From positions 372,001-436,000 of the forward strand of contig JBODTK010000133.1 of assembly GCA_050613775.1 (NCBI GenBank): a DNA stretch of 64,000 nucleotides, in the 5' to 3' direction. Below the pieces are notes generated by a model, which was given only the letters and a program-made list of their open reading frames with translations, was not told the DNA's origin and made no database searches. Shown piece after piece: positions 40,304-54,113 of this stretch (positions are counted from its first letter, which is position 1; the number at the start of each line of letters is the position of its first letter). This DNA is from Neocallimastix sp. 'constans'. Taxonomy: Eukaryota. Both the position numbers and the translations under genes were made by a program.

Positions 40304-40973
40304 CCAAATTATAAATTAAGAAAAATCAATAAAATGGAATAATAACCCTCTTAATTAGTTATTGATAATTATAAAATAATATTTTAATAAAAATAAATTA
40401 AAAGATTTAAAATTATTAAATAAATATTATTTTAATTTAAAGAACGATGTATTTTATATTAAATTATTCTTTTATTTTACTTTAACGATTTTAAATTAAA
40501 TCTCAGTTTAAATTGATATTAATATTAATTAAAAAGAAACTTATTAATAATAACAAAATTGTTTATTTTATCTTAAAAGTGTTTACTTAAAATAATTATA
40601 TAGTTTTATTTTAAATAATTTAAACTTAAAAGAAAAATATAAAAACATGTAAATATTTCTTTAAAAATAAAAAATCAGAATTCAAGAATTAAAAATTTAA
40701 AATTTAAGTTTTAATAAATTATTTTCTTTTATTCTCATTTATTTTAAATACTTTTTATTAAGAATATAAATATTCAAAATAATAAAAAGTACAATTTTAT
40801 ATTGATAAATAAAGTTTTATTATAAAAAAAAAAACAAATATTCTTTTCTTATTTTAAACTGTAGTGTTTTAATTAACATTTTTGTGTTAATAACTACCCT
40901 TTTAATTGACAAATTATTATCACTTTTAGAAGTAAATTCTAAATTAAGATAATAATCAACATTTGTCACTGAT

Positions 40974-41799
40974 TGATAAGAATGTACTAAATAATGCATT
41001 CTTAATTAAATCTACGATTTATTTCTAATACATTATGTGTACATTATTATTTTTGTACTTTAATAAATTTTTAAATCCAAAGATCAAAAATTAAATCAAA
41101 AATTATATTAAACTTTATATTTTTATATTAAATCTTATATTAATAGTAATATTTTTATATATTTAAAACTTATATTAGCAATATTAATAATAAATCTTAT
41201 TTTTTTTTTATATTAATAATGAAAATTTGTATTAATAATATTTTTATATATTGATAATTAAAAATTTATATATTATATTTTAACTTTTATTATAAAATTT
41301 TATATCGAAATGTTTTATTTTATATTGAAAAATATTTTATTTTATTAAAAACCTTTATATTAGAATAGTATTTTTATTTTTATTTGAATATTTTAACAGA
41401 TTGTAATAAAATTTATAGCCAATTAAATAAATTCTTATTAGTAATATTTTAGATATTTCTTAAAAAAAAAAAAAAAAAAAAAAAAATGTTTTATTAATAT
41501 TATAAATGTATTTTATTTATATTGTTATAATTAAATTTTATATGATTGATTATAAAATTCAATTTAAATTTAATAGTTTTTATAAAAAAAAAAAAAAAAA
41601 AAAAAAAATAAATAAAATGTAATTTAGTGGCAAGAACAACTTTTATGCCTTGAAAAAAAGTATAAATAGTTGTAAATTTTGCTACCAATTTTTAAAAAAT
41701 CATAAAATAAAATCAAATAAATTTAATAAAATAAATAAATAAATAAATAAAATCTGTGTTTCTTACTTTATTTTTATTTAATTCTCTAAAACCTTAACA
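40974..41799 (+). mobile_element. Solo LTR of the E6/E8 family, TSD TGAT
   Basis: Near-identical to the E6 LTRs; no PBS follows. Confidence 0.93.
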
Positions 41800-41803
41800 T
41801 GAT

Positions 41804-43407
41804 TGATGCATGTCCATGTAAAATATTTAATAATTTGAATACGTATTTAAATGTAATGTAATGTAAATTATTGTGGATAAAAATGTTTTCCAAATTTTTA
41901 ATATAAATTTAAATGTATTCCAAATTATTAATTTAAATAATTTTCTCAAAAATGTATGACTAAATTATTTGGAGAATTTACGTAACAATTACTCAGTTGA
42001 ATCACGAAACTTCATAAATTAAAAAATAATTAGTCATTAATTAGTTAAATTAAAATAATTAAAGGAATATTGCCTTTTCCGTTTGTTTACAAAAACTTGC
42101 CGTTTTGTTTACTTGTCTTTTAAATTATAGAAATTCTAAAAATAAAAATAGCAAGTTGTGGTTTAGTAAATTGGTTTTCACAACTTGGCAAAATTTAAAT
42201 TAAATATATGGATAGAATATATTTAATCATATAATTAATGAATTAAACTCTAAATTTTCTTCATAGAAAATTTTAGAAAAATTAGATAGTTTTAAATAGG
42301 ATTTATATTAAAATAATTCATAACATTTCATGTAATTTATTAAATAATGTAATTGATAATATAAAATAATATGTTTATGTAATTTATTAAAATTTATTTT
42401 GATTTAAAACTTTATTTTGAAAAAGTATAAAAAGAGTTAATTTTTCAACTATTGAACGATAGTTGGAAAATCGTATAGAATAGTAAAATCGTATAGAATA
42501 GGAAAATTTAAATTTTATTATTAGTTTCGTAACTATTATTAGAATAGTTACTTTCTTATAAAACAATTATATTATAGTTTGTAAAACCTTAACTGCTAGT
42601 GGGAACTCCGGAAAGGACCCTGCGTTACCCAGTTAAGTGGTTGTTGAAAATTAGTTAATAAATAAAATAAATAAATAAAAGAAATTAAAAAAGAAAATAA
42701 TTAATTAAATAATAGAGGTTTAAGATATAGTGTTATTAGTGTAGTAAAGTTAGTTTAGAATAGCCACAAACCTAGACTTGATAAGTATTTTATTTTACAG
42801 TCCAGTAAAAATAATAGAAAATAATAGAAAAATTATTTAGAAAAATTATTAATATAAATATTTATTAAAAATTAATTTTATATAATGAATCTTAAAATAT
42901 ATTATTAATATATTATTAAAGATAATTTATTATTATTAATTATTAAAATATTAAATTAAATAATAATATTAAAAATATTAAAAGAATTGTTGATAATATA
43001 GTAAAATTAGTTATATTAATTATAACGGAGATTGAATGTTTAATTAAATTGATGTTAATATTAAAATAATTTTTAAATAATGTTAAACAATATGAACTAA
43101 TAGTTATAAGTAAAAAGTTATGAATATTTATATTTATTAATTAATTTTAGTGTTTCGATAAATAAAATTTATAAAATTAGTAAAAAATATAATTATGAAA
43201 ATAATTTATAAATAAATATTTTCTTTTTTTTTTAAGGAATAATAATAAAACATGTATTTTTTTTATGATAAAATATAATAAATAAAATAATAAAAGATAA
43301 ATAAATAAAAAGTAAATATAATTATTGTAATATAATATTCTTGGAGTAATTCCCTTTTGCACAAACGCCCAACTAACATATACGGTATTTAATAAAATAT
43401 CGTATCA
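41804..43407 (+). mobile_element. Insertion Y: probable long solo LTR, TSD TGAT
   Basis: TGAT...ATCA termini. Its 3' end TAAAATATCGTATCA matches the terminus of solo LTR D at 59836. Confidence 0.7.
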
Positions 43408-43461
43408 TGATGATAAATAACAAAATTATTAAATTAAAATAAATAATAAAAAACAAATTCT

Positions 43462-44196
43462 TGTCGAAATTACAACTGAATTAAATTTCAATTTCAATTA
43501 ATTTCAATTAAAATTATTAAAAACAAAATAATTAATAAAAATTTATAATTCATTAATTATTCTTTAAATTTTATTTATTTTATAATATTATAAGTTATTT
43601 GATCATCTTAGGACCAGCTTAGGCCTACTGATTCTAATGATATCATATTAAACTTAAATATTATTAATAAATAAAATATTTATTAACATGAATCATTTGG
43701 TCATGTCATCCTTGATTCATAAATTAATGTTTATGTATTAATTTATGTTATATTGATTTAATTAATTATTAATTATTAATTACTATATTAAATATTTAAA
43801 TTTAATATTATATTATATATATTAGCTAATATATTAGATTAAAAAATATAATTTATTTATATTAAACATATTCTTATACTAAATATTATTATTATCAACT
43901 TTATATTATTATTATCAATATTCTCAAACCTACAAAGTATAAAAAGAAAATTCAAATTTATCTTTTTGTCCTTTGTAAGGTTATAGTTAACCTATTATAA
44001 TATAACTATATATTTTTATTAATAAATAAAAATTTTTATCATATCAAACCAATTATTAGTTTTAATTAAGTGTTAAATTAACAAATTTAACTTTATAACT
44101 CTTTTATTTTAGTAATTTACTTATATCTATATAGTTATATTATATAGATATATCAACCTGATTCCTCGTTAAATTCAACCTGTTTACTTTTTAACA
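43462..44196 (+). mobile_element. Nested solo LTR, E0-related, TSD ATTCT
   Basis: ATTCT at 43457-43461 and 44197-44201; TGT...ACA termini; homology to 53410-54113. Confidence 0.82.
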
Positions 44197-44717
44197 ATTC
44201 TTGTCTAACTTAACCCAAAAATTAATCCATTCTAAAAAAAAATTAAATCCATATTTAAGAAAAATTAATTAAATAAAGATAATTAAAATAAAATAATAAT
44301 AAATTAATTAATCATTAATAAATTTAATTAAAAACTAAAATAAATTAATAAATAATATTTTTCTAAAACAACAAATAAACAAAATAATAAACATATTTAA
44401 TAAATTATAAACAACAAATAAACAAACTTATAAACAACGCAAAATTAAAATTAAATAGTTAAATAATTTTTTAAGTTACTTTTATTTAAAATAATGATTA
44501 TTTTATTTATTTTATAACTCAACTTTTATAAACAAATTGTAATTAAAATAACATTTTAAAACTCATCTTTATCAACATTTTAATTGTAAATATTGTTTAA
44601 TTTAATAATAAATTATTCTTTATTTCTCTTTTATTAATTTTATTATTTTTAATGTAAATAGTTTAAAATCAAAGAAAAATATAAAAACATGTAAATATTT
44701 CTTATAAATTATTCTTT

Positions 44718-45030
44718 ATTATTAATTATTTAATAAATTATTATAAATATTTTATTAGTTTTAATAATCAAAAGTATGATTATTAATTATTTAATAAATT
44801 ATTATAGATATTTTATTAGTTTTAATAATCAATTTTTTATGATTATTAATTATTTAATAAATTATTATAGATATTTTATTAGTTTTAATAATCAATTTTT
44901 TTATGATTATTAATTATTTAATAAATTATTATAGATATTTTATTAGTTTTTAATAATCAATTTTTATGATTATTAATTATTTTGATAAATTATTATATAT
45001 TTTATTAGTTATTAATAATCAATTTTATTA
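44718..45030. repeat. ~62-64-bp tandem repeat, ~5 copies
   Basis: Recurring TATTAATTATTTAATAAATTATTATAGATATTTTATTAGTTTTAATAATCAA. Confidence 0.85.
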
Positions 45031-45799
45031 TTAAAATTTAAAATAAATTAGTATAAATAATAAATATTTCATTTTATTATTTTATTAGTTTTAACAATTA
45101 TTTTATTAATTTAAACAAAATTAATTATTAAATAAATAAAGATTAATATTAAAATAAAAATAAATTTTTTTTAATAAAACATTTTTGTGTTTAATAATAA
45201 AACATATTTATTTTTTTAAATTTCTTAAATCAATTTTATTCAGTATTTATCCTTTTATTCACTTCTACAAAATTTAATTTTTTGTAGATTAAGAATATTA
45301 GGTATAAATCACTGATGATAAGAATGTACTAAATAATGCATTCTTAATTAAATCTACGATTTATTTCTAATACATTATGTGTAGATTATTATTTTTGTAC
45401 TTTAATAAATTTTTAAATCCAAAGATCAAAAATTAAATCAAAAATTATATTAAACTTTATATTTTTATATTAAATCTTATATTAATAGTAATATTTTTAT
45501 ATATTTAAAACTTATATTAGCAATATTAATAATAAATCTTATTTTTTTTTTATATTAATAATGAAAATTTGTATTAATAATATTTTTATATATTGATAAT
45601 TAAAAATTTATATATTATATTTTAACTTTTATTATAAAATTTTATATCGAAATGTTTTATTTTATATTGAAAAATATTTTATTTTATTAAAAACCTTTAT
45701 ATTAGAATAGTATTTTTATTTTTATTTGAATATTTTAACAGATTGTAATAAAATTTATAGCCAATTAAATAAATTCTTATTAGTAATATTTTAGATATT

Positions 45800-45847
<48 letters not shown>

Positions 45848-45938
45848 TTTTATTAATATTATAAATGTATTTTATTTATATTGTTATAATTAAATTTTAT
45901 ATGATTGATTATAAAATTCAATTTAAATTTAATAGTTT

Positions 45939-45974
<36 letters not shown>

Positions 45975-46394
45975 AATAAAATGTAATTTAGTGGCAAGAA
46001 CAACTTTTATGCCTTGAAAAAAAGTATAAATAGTTGTAAATTTTGCTACTAATTTTTAAAATATCATCAAAAAAAAAAAAAATAAATTTAATAAAATAAA
46101 TAAATAAAATAAATAAATAAATAAAATCTGTGTTTCTTACTTTATTTTTATTTAATTCTCTAAAACCTTAACATTTATATGGTGGAGATATCGGGGAATT
46201 AAATAGAAATAATAGTAAATAACATAGATTTTTTTTTAATTTTTTTTTATTTTATATTGATAAACAAGTAAGTCGTTAATCCTTTGATTAACCTATGGCG
46301 CTTGTTTGATATATATATAAAAAAAATTTTTTTTTAAATAAGTAAAATTAAGATTCAAAAAAAAAAAAAAAAAATTTTGTAAAATTATAACAAG

Positions 46395-46620
46395 GAGCGG
46401 ATAGAGCTCATACACAGTGTATTCTCAGATAGCAACAAATTAACTCTATTCATAGTAGGTTATTGAATAGTAGTTAATTTGGAGATTAATTGGAAAGAAG
46501 ACGAAGGTATTTGGTTACCGACCCGGTAATAATAGTTCAGCCTTCAACGTTTCAACACACGAAGGTGCGGGTACTTTCCAAGCACTGGCGAATAAGGAGC
46601 TTACGTCACCGAAGGCGTAA
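46395..46620 (+). ncRNA. Conserved structured RNA in the E6 leader (homologous to 24068-24253)
   Basis: 35-nt identical block, two further conserved blocks and covarying helices relative to the E3 leader. Confidence 0.65.
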
Positions 46621-47606
46621 GATTGTTTTTTTTATATATATTTTTTTTACTTTTCTTTGTGCTAGTTATAAGGCACTTTATTATATAAAGTATCAGACTT
46701 TGTCTAACTTCGCCATTTAAATTTTTTTTATTTTTTTTTATTACTGATACTTTATTTGTTTAATAATTCCTGTAAAAGAATCTTAATTTACTTTGAAAAT
46801 ATTGTGTTTTTAGTTAATTTTTATTAGTTAATAAAAATATTATTGAATACTTTTAAAATTTTTTTTATTCCGTACATAGATTATCGGATTAAGTTTATCC
46901 TACATAGTAATTGGGCTAGTGGGCTCTGAACTGCTATATTTTATATTGAATATAGTAATCGTGGCACACGCGTGGCATGACACCATTAGGTAAGCTGCAC
47001 GTCAGACAGTGTGTACTATCAGATTGTACGACAATAAAGATTATTTTTTTGTATTTAATAATTATAATTAATTAATAATTTTATTAGCTATAACAATACA
47101 ATATTTATCGTTTAAAAAGAAAAATTTTTGAAAGGTGAAAATAATAAATAAAACTTTGCTTCTAAATTTATTACTACAAATATACTAAATTACAAAATTC
47201 AAGTGGTCGATAAAGATTTCGAGCTTGAAAAATATTCTATTGAGTTGTCGATAAAGATTTCGAACTTAAAAATTATTCTATTGAGTTGTCGATAAAGATT
47301 TCGAACTTAAAAATTATTCTATTGAGTTGTCGATAAAGATTTCGAACTTAAAAATTATTCTTAATAAAGTAGTCGAAAAGAACCTCGTGCTTTATAATTT
47401 CTACTAAGTTGTCGATAAAGATTTCGAGCTTATATCTACTAAAGAAAGCAAATAAAATTATTATTTTCAAAAGTTACTAAAATATATTGTTTTAAAAATT
47501 GATTCGATATTAAATTACCTATTAAATTATATTTTTAAAGTTGTATTTCCAAATTTATTCTTATTTAATCACCTCACTAATATACAACAAGAAATATTTA
47601 AACAAA

Positions 47607-48492
47607 ATGTCCAAGGAAACAACTTTGAGCTTTAAAGAATTGAAAAAAGAATTAAGAGATATTGTGAAACTTAGCAAGGACAATTTAGATATTAAGTCCT
47701 GGGCTACTGAATTAAAACTTTGGATCAAGATACAAGGTATCACAGATCCAGAAACAATATTTAATGCTTGTTTACTTACCAGCTCTGGTGAAGTACAACG
47801 CGTTATTGAAGATTTGGGAGAAGATAGTGATGATGAAAGTGATGATTCATCAGATGAAGAAGAAGAAGATGATGAAGAAGAAAATGTTGATGATTTTTTT
47901 TTCAAGTCTTGAAAATTTTTACGGTATTAAAGAAGACCAAAATTTACTTCTTAAAGAACTTCGTGCAATGCGAATTAAAAGAAACGAAAAGATTAAAGAC
48001 TTTAATGTAAGATATAGAACTTTGTACACTAAACTTGATAAAAAGAGAAGAAAGCGCATTGGTGTACTAGATTATATTGATTCTATTCAAAATAATTATG
48101 AAGCCTGGAAGAAATTATCCCTTAAAGATGATATAAGTATGGAGAAAGCTTTCAAAATTGCCGAGAAAGTAGATAGACTTTCTGTAAGGAACAATAATAT
48201 TAATACCTATAATGTTAATAATTCCCAGCATAATCAAAATAATCAAAACAGTACTACTTCAAGACTTTATCCTAAAAGAAGAAACGAAACTTTCCAAACA
48301 AGTCAAACAAATAATAAACTGAAACCTCAAGATATTATAGAAGAATCAACCCAGAAAATGAGAAATTTATCTGTTAAAACTTGCTTCTTCTGTAAGGAAG
48401 AAGGTCATTACTCATACTATTGCCCTCAATTAAATAAGATTATGGAAAAAAATAAAAAAGAAATATATTCCAAAAAGTCTTTAAACTTCTAA
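47607..48492 (+). pseudogene. gag: E6 Gag, frameshifted at a poly-T run near 47900
   Basis: Two partial ORFs together match E1/E4 Gag; CFFCKEEGHYSYYC. Confidence 0.88.
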
Positions 48493-51400
48493 ATGGGAGC
48501 AGAAGCACTCCCAATGACAAAACAATAGCTTCATTAAATAATTTACAAAATAATACTTTTACTAAGAATACTCCAATTGATAATAATTCCTTTAATGAAG
48601 AATCTGAAGAATCTGATTTTAGTGACACAACTGAAAGTGAGGATGATATCATTATAAATGCTATAAAAAGAAAAATGAATGATAATAAGAGCGAAAAAGA
48701 AGAAAATAATTCCAAGAAAGTACATAAAAGTTTAAAAGATAATCCACGTCCTTTCGCAACTCCTGCTTTAAGAAATAAGAAAGAAAATGAGCTACATAAT
48801 AAACCAAATAAAGTTTATAAAAATCAAATACTTCCTTCAATTTTAACTCAACCAAATATTAACAAAGAAAAACAAAAAGAAAAGGAATTAAGAAATATAA
48901 CAAGAGTAAGAGAAAGTAAAGAAGAAAACAACAATTATTCATCAAAAGGAAAGGAAAAAGTTGAATCTGAAGATATACTTGTAATCGATAATGAAATAGA
49001 AGATCTAGAAATGAATAAAGATAATCAACAAAATAAAACTAATACTTTGGAAAAATTAATTTCAACAAAAACTAAAGAAACTAATAATGAAAATACTCAG
49101 TTAGTAAAAAGGAATATCAAAATGATGAATAATAAAGAACCTTACAATATTATGGATGATTTAAATAATCTTAAATCCAGTATTACGATAGGTCAACTCT
49201 TGAATGCATGTCCGAAAATTCGTTCACAATTAACTCAAGGTTTAAAGTTAGAAAAGTCTAAAATAATTGGAACTGTAGACAATGTAATAGCACGAACTTT
49301 ATTAGTAAATAACTATGATCATAGCTACATAAGTAAAAGTAATGAAGTAGCCGAAGAAGACTTAGCAATGGTTGATGCAAGTGTTGACGGAGTACTAGGA
49401 AAACTTTTAATTGATTCTTGTAGTAACCTAAGCATCGTTACTAAGCAGTATTTTGATAAATTACCTGGTGAATATGAAACAGTTGGAAAAAGTCGTGGAA
49501 GAATCCAACTAGCAACACAAGATGAAGAATACTCGGAAGGAATTATTGTTCGATTACCAGTAAAAATTAATAATTATGAATTTAATGCGGACATTAGAAT
49601 TATTGAGAAAGAAGACTCTTTTTATGATATGTTACTAAATTTTAAAACTCAAATCGATCATTGTTTATTTATTCATCCGACCTTAAACAGTTTATGTAAA
49701 CTTTTGTCAGAAAGTGAATACGAAGAAATAGCTAAAATAAATAATCAATATTATGATGAAGAAAGTATAATTTGCACTATTAGAAAAGTTAAAGAAACGA
49801 ATAATGAAAAGGAAATTATAAAGGAATTAACTCCAATGGAATTTATTGAGAGTGATGAATTTTTTAGTACCTTAAATAAAGATTATAAAGAACAAATTAT
49901 TAAAATTCTCAAAGAAATGATTGACATAGTTGCCACTTCAACAGAAGAACTAACTCCTTCTAAACTTTCACCACATAAGATCCGTTTAAAAGCTAATGCA
50001 AAGCCAGTAAAATTAAGAAGTTATAGGTTAACTAAATTAAAATCAGATATCTTAAAAGAAGAACTTACAAAACTTATTAAGAAAGGATTGATAGAACCAT
50101 CCTGTTCAGAATGGTCATCTCCAGTAGTACTTATTCTAAAACACAATGGAAAGTGGCGCTTGTGCATTGACTACCGAAAAGTCAATGATATGACAGAAAA
50201 AGATTCTTATTCAGTTCCATATATAGATGAAATTTTTGATAGTCTCGGAGGAGCTAAAATATTTACAACTCTTGATTTATTTTCTGGTTTTCACCAAATC
50301 TTAATGGATGAAGAAAGCGTTGAAGTAACCACTTTCACTACTAAGTTTGGAAATTATCAATTTAAGGTTATGCCTTTTGGACTTACTGGAGCTCCTTCAA
50401 CCTTCAAAAGAGAAATGAATAAAATTTTATTCCCTTTTATTGGTGAATTTGTTTATGTATTTATTGATGATGTTTTGATCTATTCAAAAAATATCGAAGA
50501 ACATTTAATTCATATTAAACAAGTATTAGAAGTATTTAAAGAAAACAAGTTAAAAATTAATATTGAAAAGTGCCATTTTCTTCAAACTGAAGTTGATGTA
50601 TTAGGTCACAAACTTACTACTAAAGGATTAAGTCCTATGGAAAGTAAAATAACAGCTATTAAGAAGTGGGAAGCCCCTTCATCAATTCATGAATTAAGAT
50701 CATTTCTAGGAGCAATAGGGTATTATCGTGACTTTATCCCTAAATATGCTCAAATTACCTCACCTTTATGTAAATTATTGAAAAAGAATACCAAATATGA
50801 ATGGAATAAAGAACAACAAGAAAGCTTTGAACTCCTAAAAGAAAAATTAATCAATGCACCTATTCTAAAATTTCCGTCATTTGACAAACCTTTTATCATT
50901 AGAACTGATGCTTCGTATAATGGAATTGGTGGAGTTCTTTTACAAAAAGAAGAAGAAACCGGTAAGGAGCATCCAATACACTTTATAAGTAGAAGTTTAA
51001 AGAAAGCTGAAAAGAATTATGGTATTACCGATTTGGAAGGAACCGCTTTGTTTTACTGTATGACTAAATTTAAATCTTATATTGAAGGAAATCCACTACC
51101 TACAACTATTTACACAGATCATAAACCATTAGTTGGTTTATTTAAGAATAAAGAACCTTTGAATGCAAGGCAAACAAGATGGTGTCTAACCGCTAGTATG
51201 CTTGGAATTAATATAAAATATGAATCAGGCAAAAAGAATGTGTTAGCTGATGCTCTTTCAAGAATGAAAAGTAAGGAAGAGAGAAAGATATTATTAACAA
51301 AAATTACTAATGGAAATAATGAAGAATTATTATCTAAAGTTATAAAGGAATTTATTAATGAAAAGTTTACTGTTATTGATGGTGAAGATTACTTTATCGA

Positions 51401-52477
51401 CAATGGAAATTATAGAAAATTAATAACGGACGAAAATGAAAGGTTTAAATTAATTTTAGAAGCTCATAATATTGGCCACGAAGGATATTACAAAACATAT
51501 CAAAGACTTAAGAAAAACTTTTATTGGAATCATATGATTAAAGATATCAAAAGAATTGTTAGTAATTGTGAAAAATGCCAATTAAATCGTCCTCAACCAT
51601 ATCCAGAACCAACCGAAAACCATCCAACTAAAGTGGAGGGTCCCTTTGTGCATTTAGGATTAGATATTATAGGACAGTTACCAAAAACAAGAAATAATAA
51701 TCAATATATTATAGTAACTGTTGATTACTTTACCAAATGGGTTGAAGCCGAACCCACTGAAAACATAACTTCTTCTGATATAATTAAATTTTTAATAAAC
51801 GTTTTTGCAAGACATGGTGTACCTCAAGTTATTACTACTTATAATGGAGTCCAATTCACTTCTGATATGACTAAAATCTTTCTTGATCTTTATGATGTAT
51901 ATGTTAAATTTGTAGCTACTTACCACCCTGAATCAAATGGCCTTACTGAAAATCGAAATAAAGAAATTGGAAAATTACTCCGTTTATTAGGAAGGAAAAA
52001 TCAAGATTGGGATGAAGTTTTACCTTCTGCTTTATGGGCACTTCGAACTACCAAAAATACAGCTACTGGACATTCTAGTTTTGAATTAGTATATGGAAGA
52101 GAAGACCAACAGCCGTATGATATAGCCATAAGAACAATTGAAAATGCAGGTAAATCATATGATGAAATTTTAATGGAAAAATTTGTTCGTCATTATCAAT
52201 GGACTAGAGAAGCATGCGAAAATGTGAAGAATGCTAACAAGTATTGGGCAACAAGACGAGAAGAACAAATAAGTATGAAAAAAGGAAAAGAATTAAAGGC
52301 TGGTGATCTTGTTCTTGTTAGAAACTTTAGCCGCACTAAGCTAGAACCATATTACAATGGACCATTTAAAATTTTAAAATTCAATTCAACACAGCAACCC
52401 TAATCGATCAGAAGACTGGAAAGCAACTCGATAGGAATGTTCACTTTAAAAATTTAGTAAAGTTTAACTCCGCTTAA
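48480..52477 (+). pseudogene. pol: E6 Pol with mutated integrase catalytic Asp and a C-terminal frameshift
   Basis: All domains present. TTYNG replaces TTDNG; frameshift near 52380 relative to the E8 copy. Confidence 0.9.
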
Positions 52478-52991
52478 AGAGAAGCTTGAGTCTTCGTCGG
52501 GGCATCTTGATAAGAATGTACTAAATAATGCATTCTTAATTAAATCTACGATTTATTTCTAATACATTATGTGTACATTATTATTTTTGTACTTTAATAA
52601 ATTTTTAAATCCAAAGATCAAAAATTAAATCAAAAATTATATTAAACTTTATATTTTTATATTAAATCTTATATTAATAGTAATATTTTTATATATTTAA
52701 AACTTATATTAGCAATATTAATAATAAATCTTATTTTTTTTTTATATTAATAATGAAAATTTGTATTAATAATATTTTTATATATTGATAATTAAAAATT
52801 TATATATTATATTTTAACTTTTATTATAAAATTTTATATCGAAATGTTTTATTTTATATTGAAAAATATTTTATTTTATTAAAAACCTTTATATTAGAAT
52901 AGTATTTTTATTTTTATTTGAATATTTTAACAGATTGTAATAAAATTTATAGCCAATTAAATAAATTCTTATTAGTAATATTTTAGATATT

Positions 52992-53034
<43 letters not shown>

Positions 53035-53409
53035 TTTTATTAATATTATAAATGTATTTTATTTATATTGTTATAATTAAATTTTATATGATTGATTATA
53101 AAATTCAATTTAAATTTAATAGTTTTTATAAAAAAAAAAAAAAAAAAAAAAAAAATAAATAAAATGTAATTTAGTGGCAAGAACAACTTTTATGCCTTGA
53201 AAAAAAGTATAAATAGTTGTAAATTTTGCTACTAATTTTTAAAATATCATCAAAAAAAAAAAATAAATTTAATAAAATAAATAAATAAAATAAATAAATA
53301 AATAAAATCTGTGTTTCTTACTTTATTTTTATTTAATTCTCTAAAACCTTAACACTGAAGATTTCGTTACAGGAATTGAGGACCATTGTCTGTTATTAAA
53401 ATTTCTGGT

Positions 53410-54113
53410 TGTTGAAATTATAACTGAATTGAAATCTCAATTTCAGTTATTTACATTTCAATAATTAAAAATATTATTTATTTAATTATAAATAATATAT
53501 ATATTTAAATAATAATTAATATAAATTCTTGTTTAATATTTAAAGGGTTATCTTAGGCCTAATAATTCTGAGAATATTAATAAATAAGGTTTATATTAAT
53601 AATTAATTTCAATGATACATTTGACGTCACGTGTATTTTATTTATATTATGTTTTTATATATGTTTACAACATATCTATATTAAATTCAATTATTCAAAT
53701 TAATTATATAATTAAATTTATCCTTATATTTTATTAGTATTTATATTACTATATTATTACTATCTTATAATTAAATATTATTATTATGTAACTTACAAAG
53801 TATAAAAGAAAGATGTAAAAATCTATCTTTTATGTTCTTTGTAAGGTTATTGTAAAATTACCTTAATAGTAATATATTATAGATATTTTATTATTAAATA
53901 AAATCAATAAATTTAAAATCAAATTAATTTGATAATTCTAATTATCAAAGTTTATTATAAATAAATTTTCATTAAACTAAACATTTAAATATTTATTATT
54001 ATTATATATCTATATAGTATATTACTATATAGACATATCGACTTAGTGAATATTTTATTTAAACATATTATTTTATTTAAATTTAAATTATAAATTATAT
54101 CAAAATCTTAACA
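53410..54113 (+). mobile_element. Solo LTR, E0 family, inserted in the E7 integrase, TSD CTGGT
   Basis: CTGGT at 53405-53409 and 54114-54118. Confidence 0.92.

Larger units (their letters stand above)
33944..40968 (+). mobile_element. E5: apparently intact gypsy element, 5-bp TSD CTGAT
   Basis: 675-bp LTRs 33944-34618 and 40294-40968 with no difference seen; PBS TGGTGGAGAATCC at 34622; PPT GGTGGAGGAAT. Confidence 0.95.
43411..45311 (+). mobile_element. Insertion X: solo LTR related to the E5 LTR, TSD CTGA, with a nested LTR and ~63-bp repeats
   Basis: Starts TGATAAATAAC like E5 and shares AGAAAAATATAAAAACATGTAAATATTTCTT with the E5 LTR; followed by CTGA. Confidence 0.78.
45316..53354 (+). 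mobile_element. E6: gypsy element, TSD CTGA
   Basis: LTRs 45316-46173 and 52508-53354, PBS at 46180, PPT GGGGCATCT, CTGA at 45312-45315 and 53355-53358. Confidence 0.95.
19930..53371 (-). mobile_element. E3: non-autonomous chromovirus (Tf1/sushi-like), TSD GGAAT; its 5' LTR is split by the inner stack
   Basis: GGAAT at 19925-19929 and 53372-53376. 3' LTR 19930-20574; 5' LTR 25191-25822 plus 53359-53371. TGTAACG...CGTTACA termini. Confidence 0.95.

Noticed and set aside
45312..45320. Hammerhead core CTGATGA
   Set aside because: It is created by the TSD/LTR junction and has no flanking helices or GAAA partner.
46585..46600. HDV-like ribozyme (TGGCGAAT resembles J4/2) or glycine riboswitch (CACCGAAGG)
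   Set aside because: I could not build HDV P1/P2/P3 or the riboswitch core around these words, so it is kept as an unassigned structured RNA.
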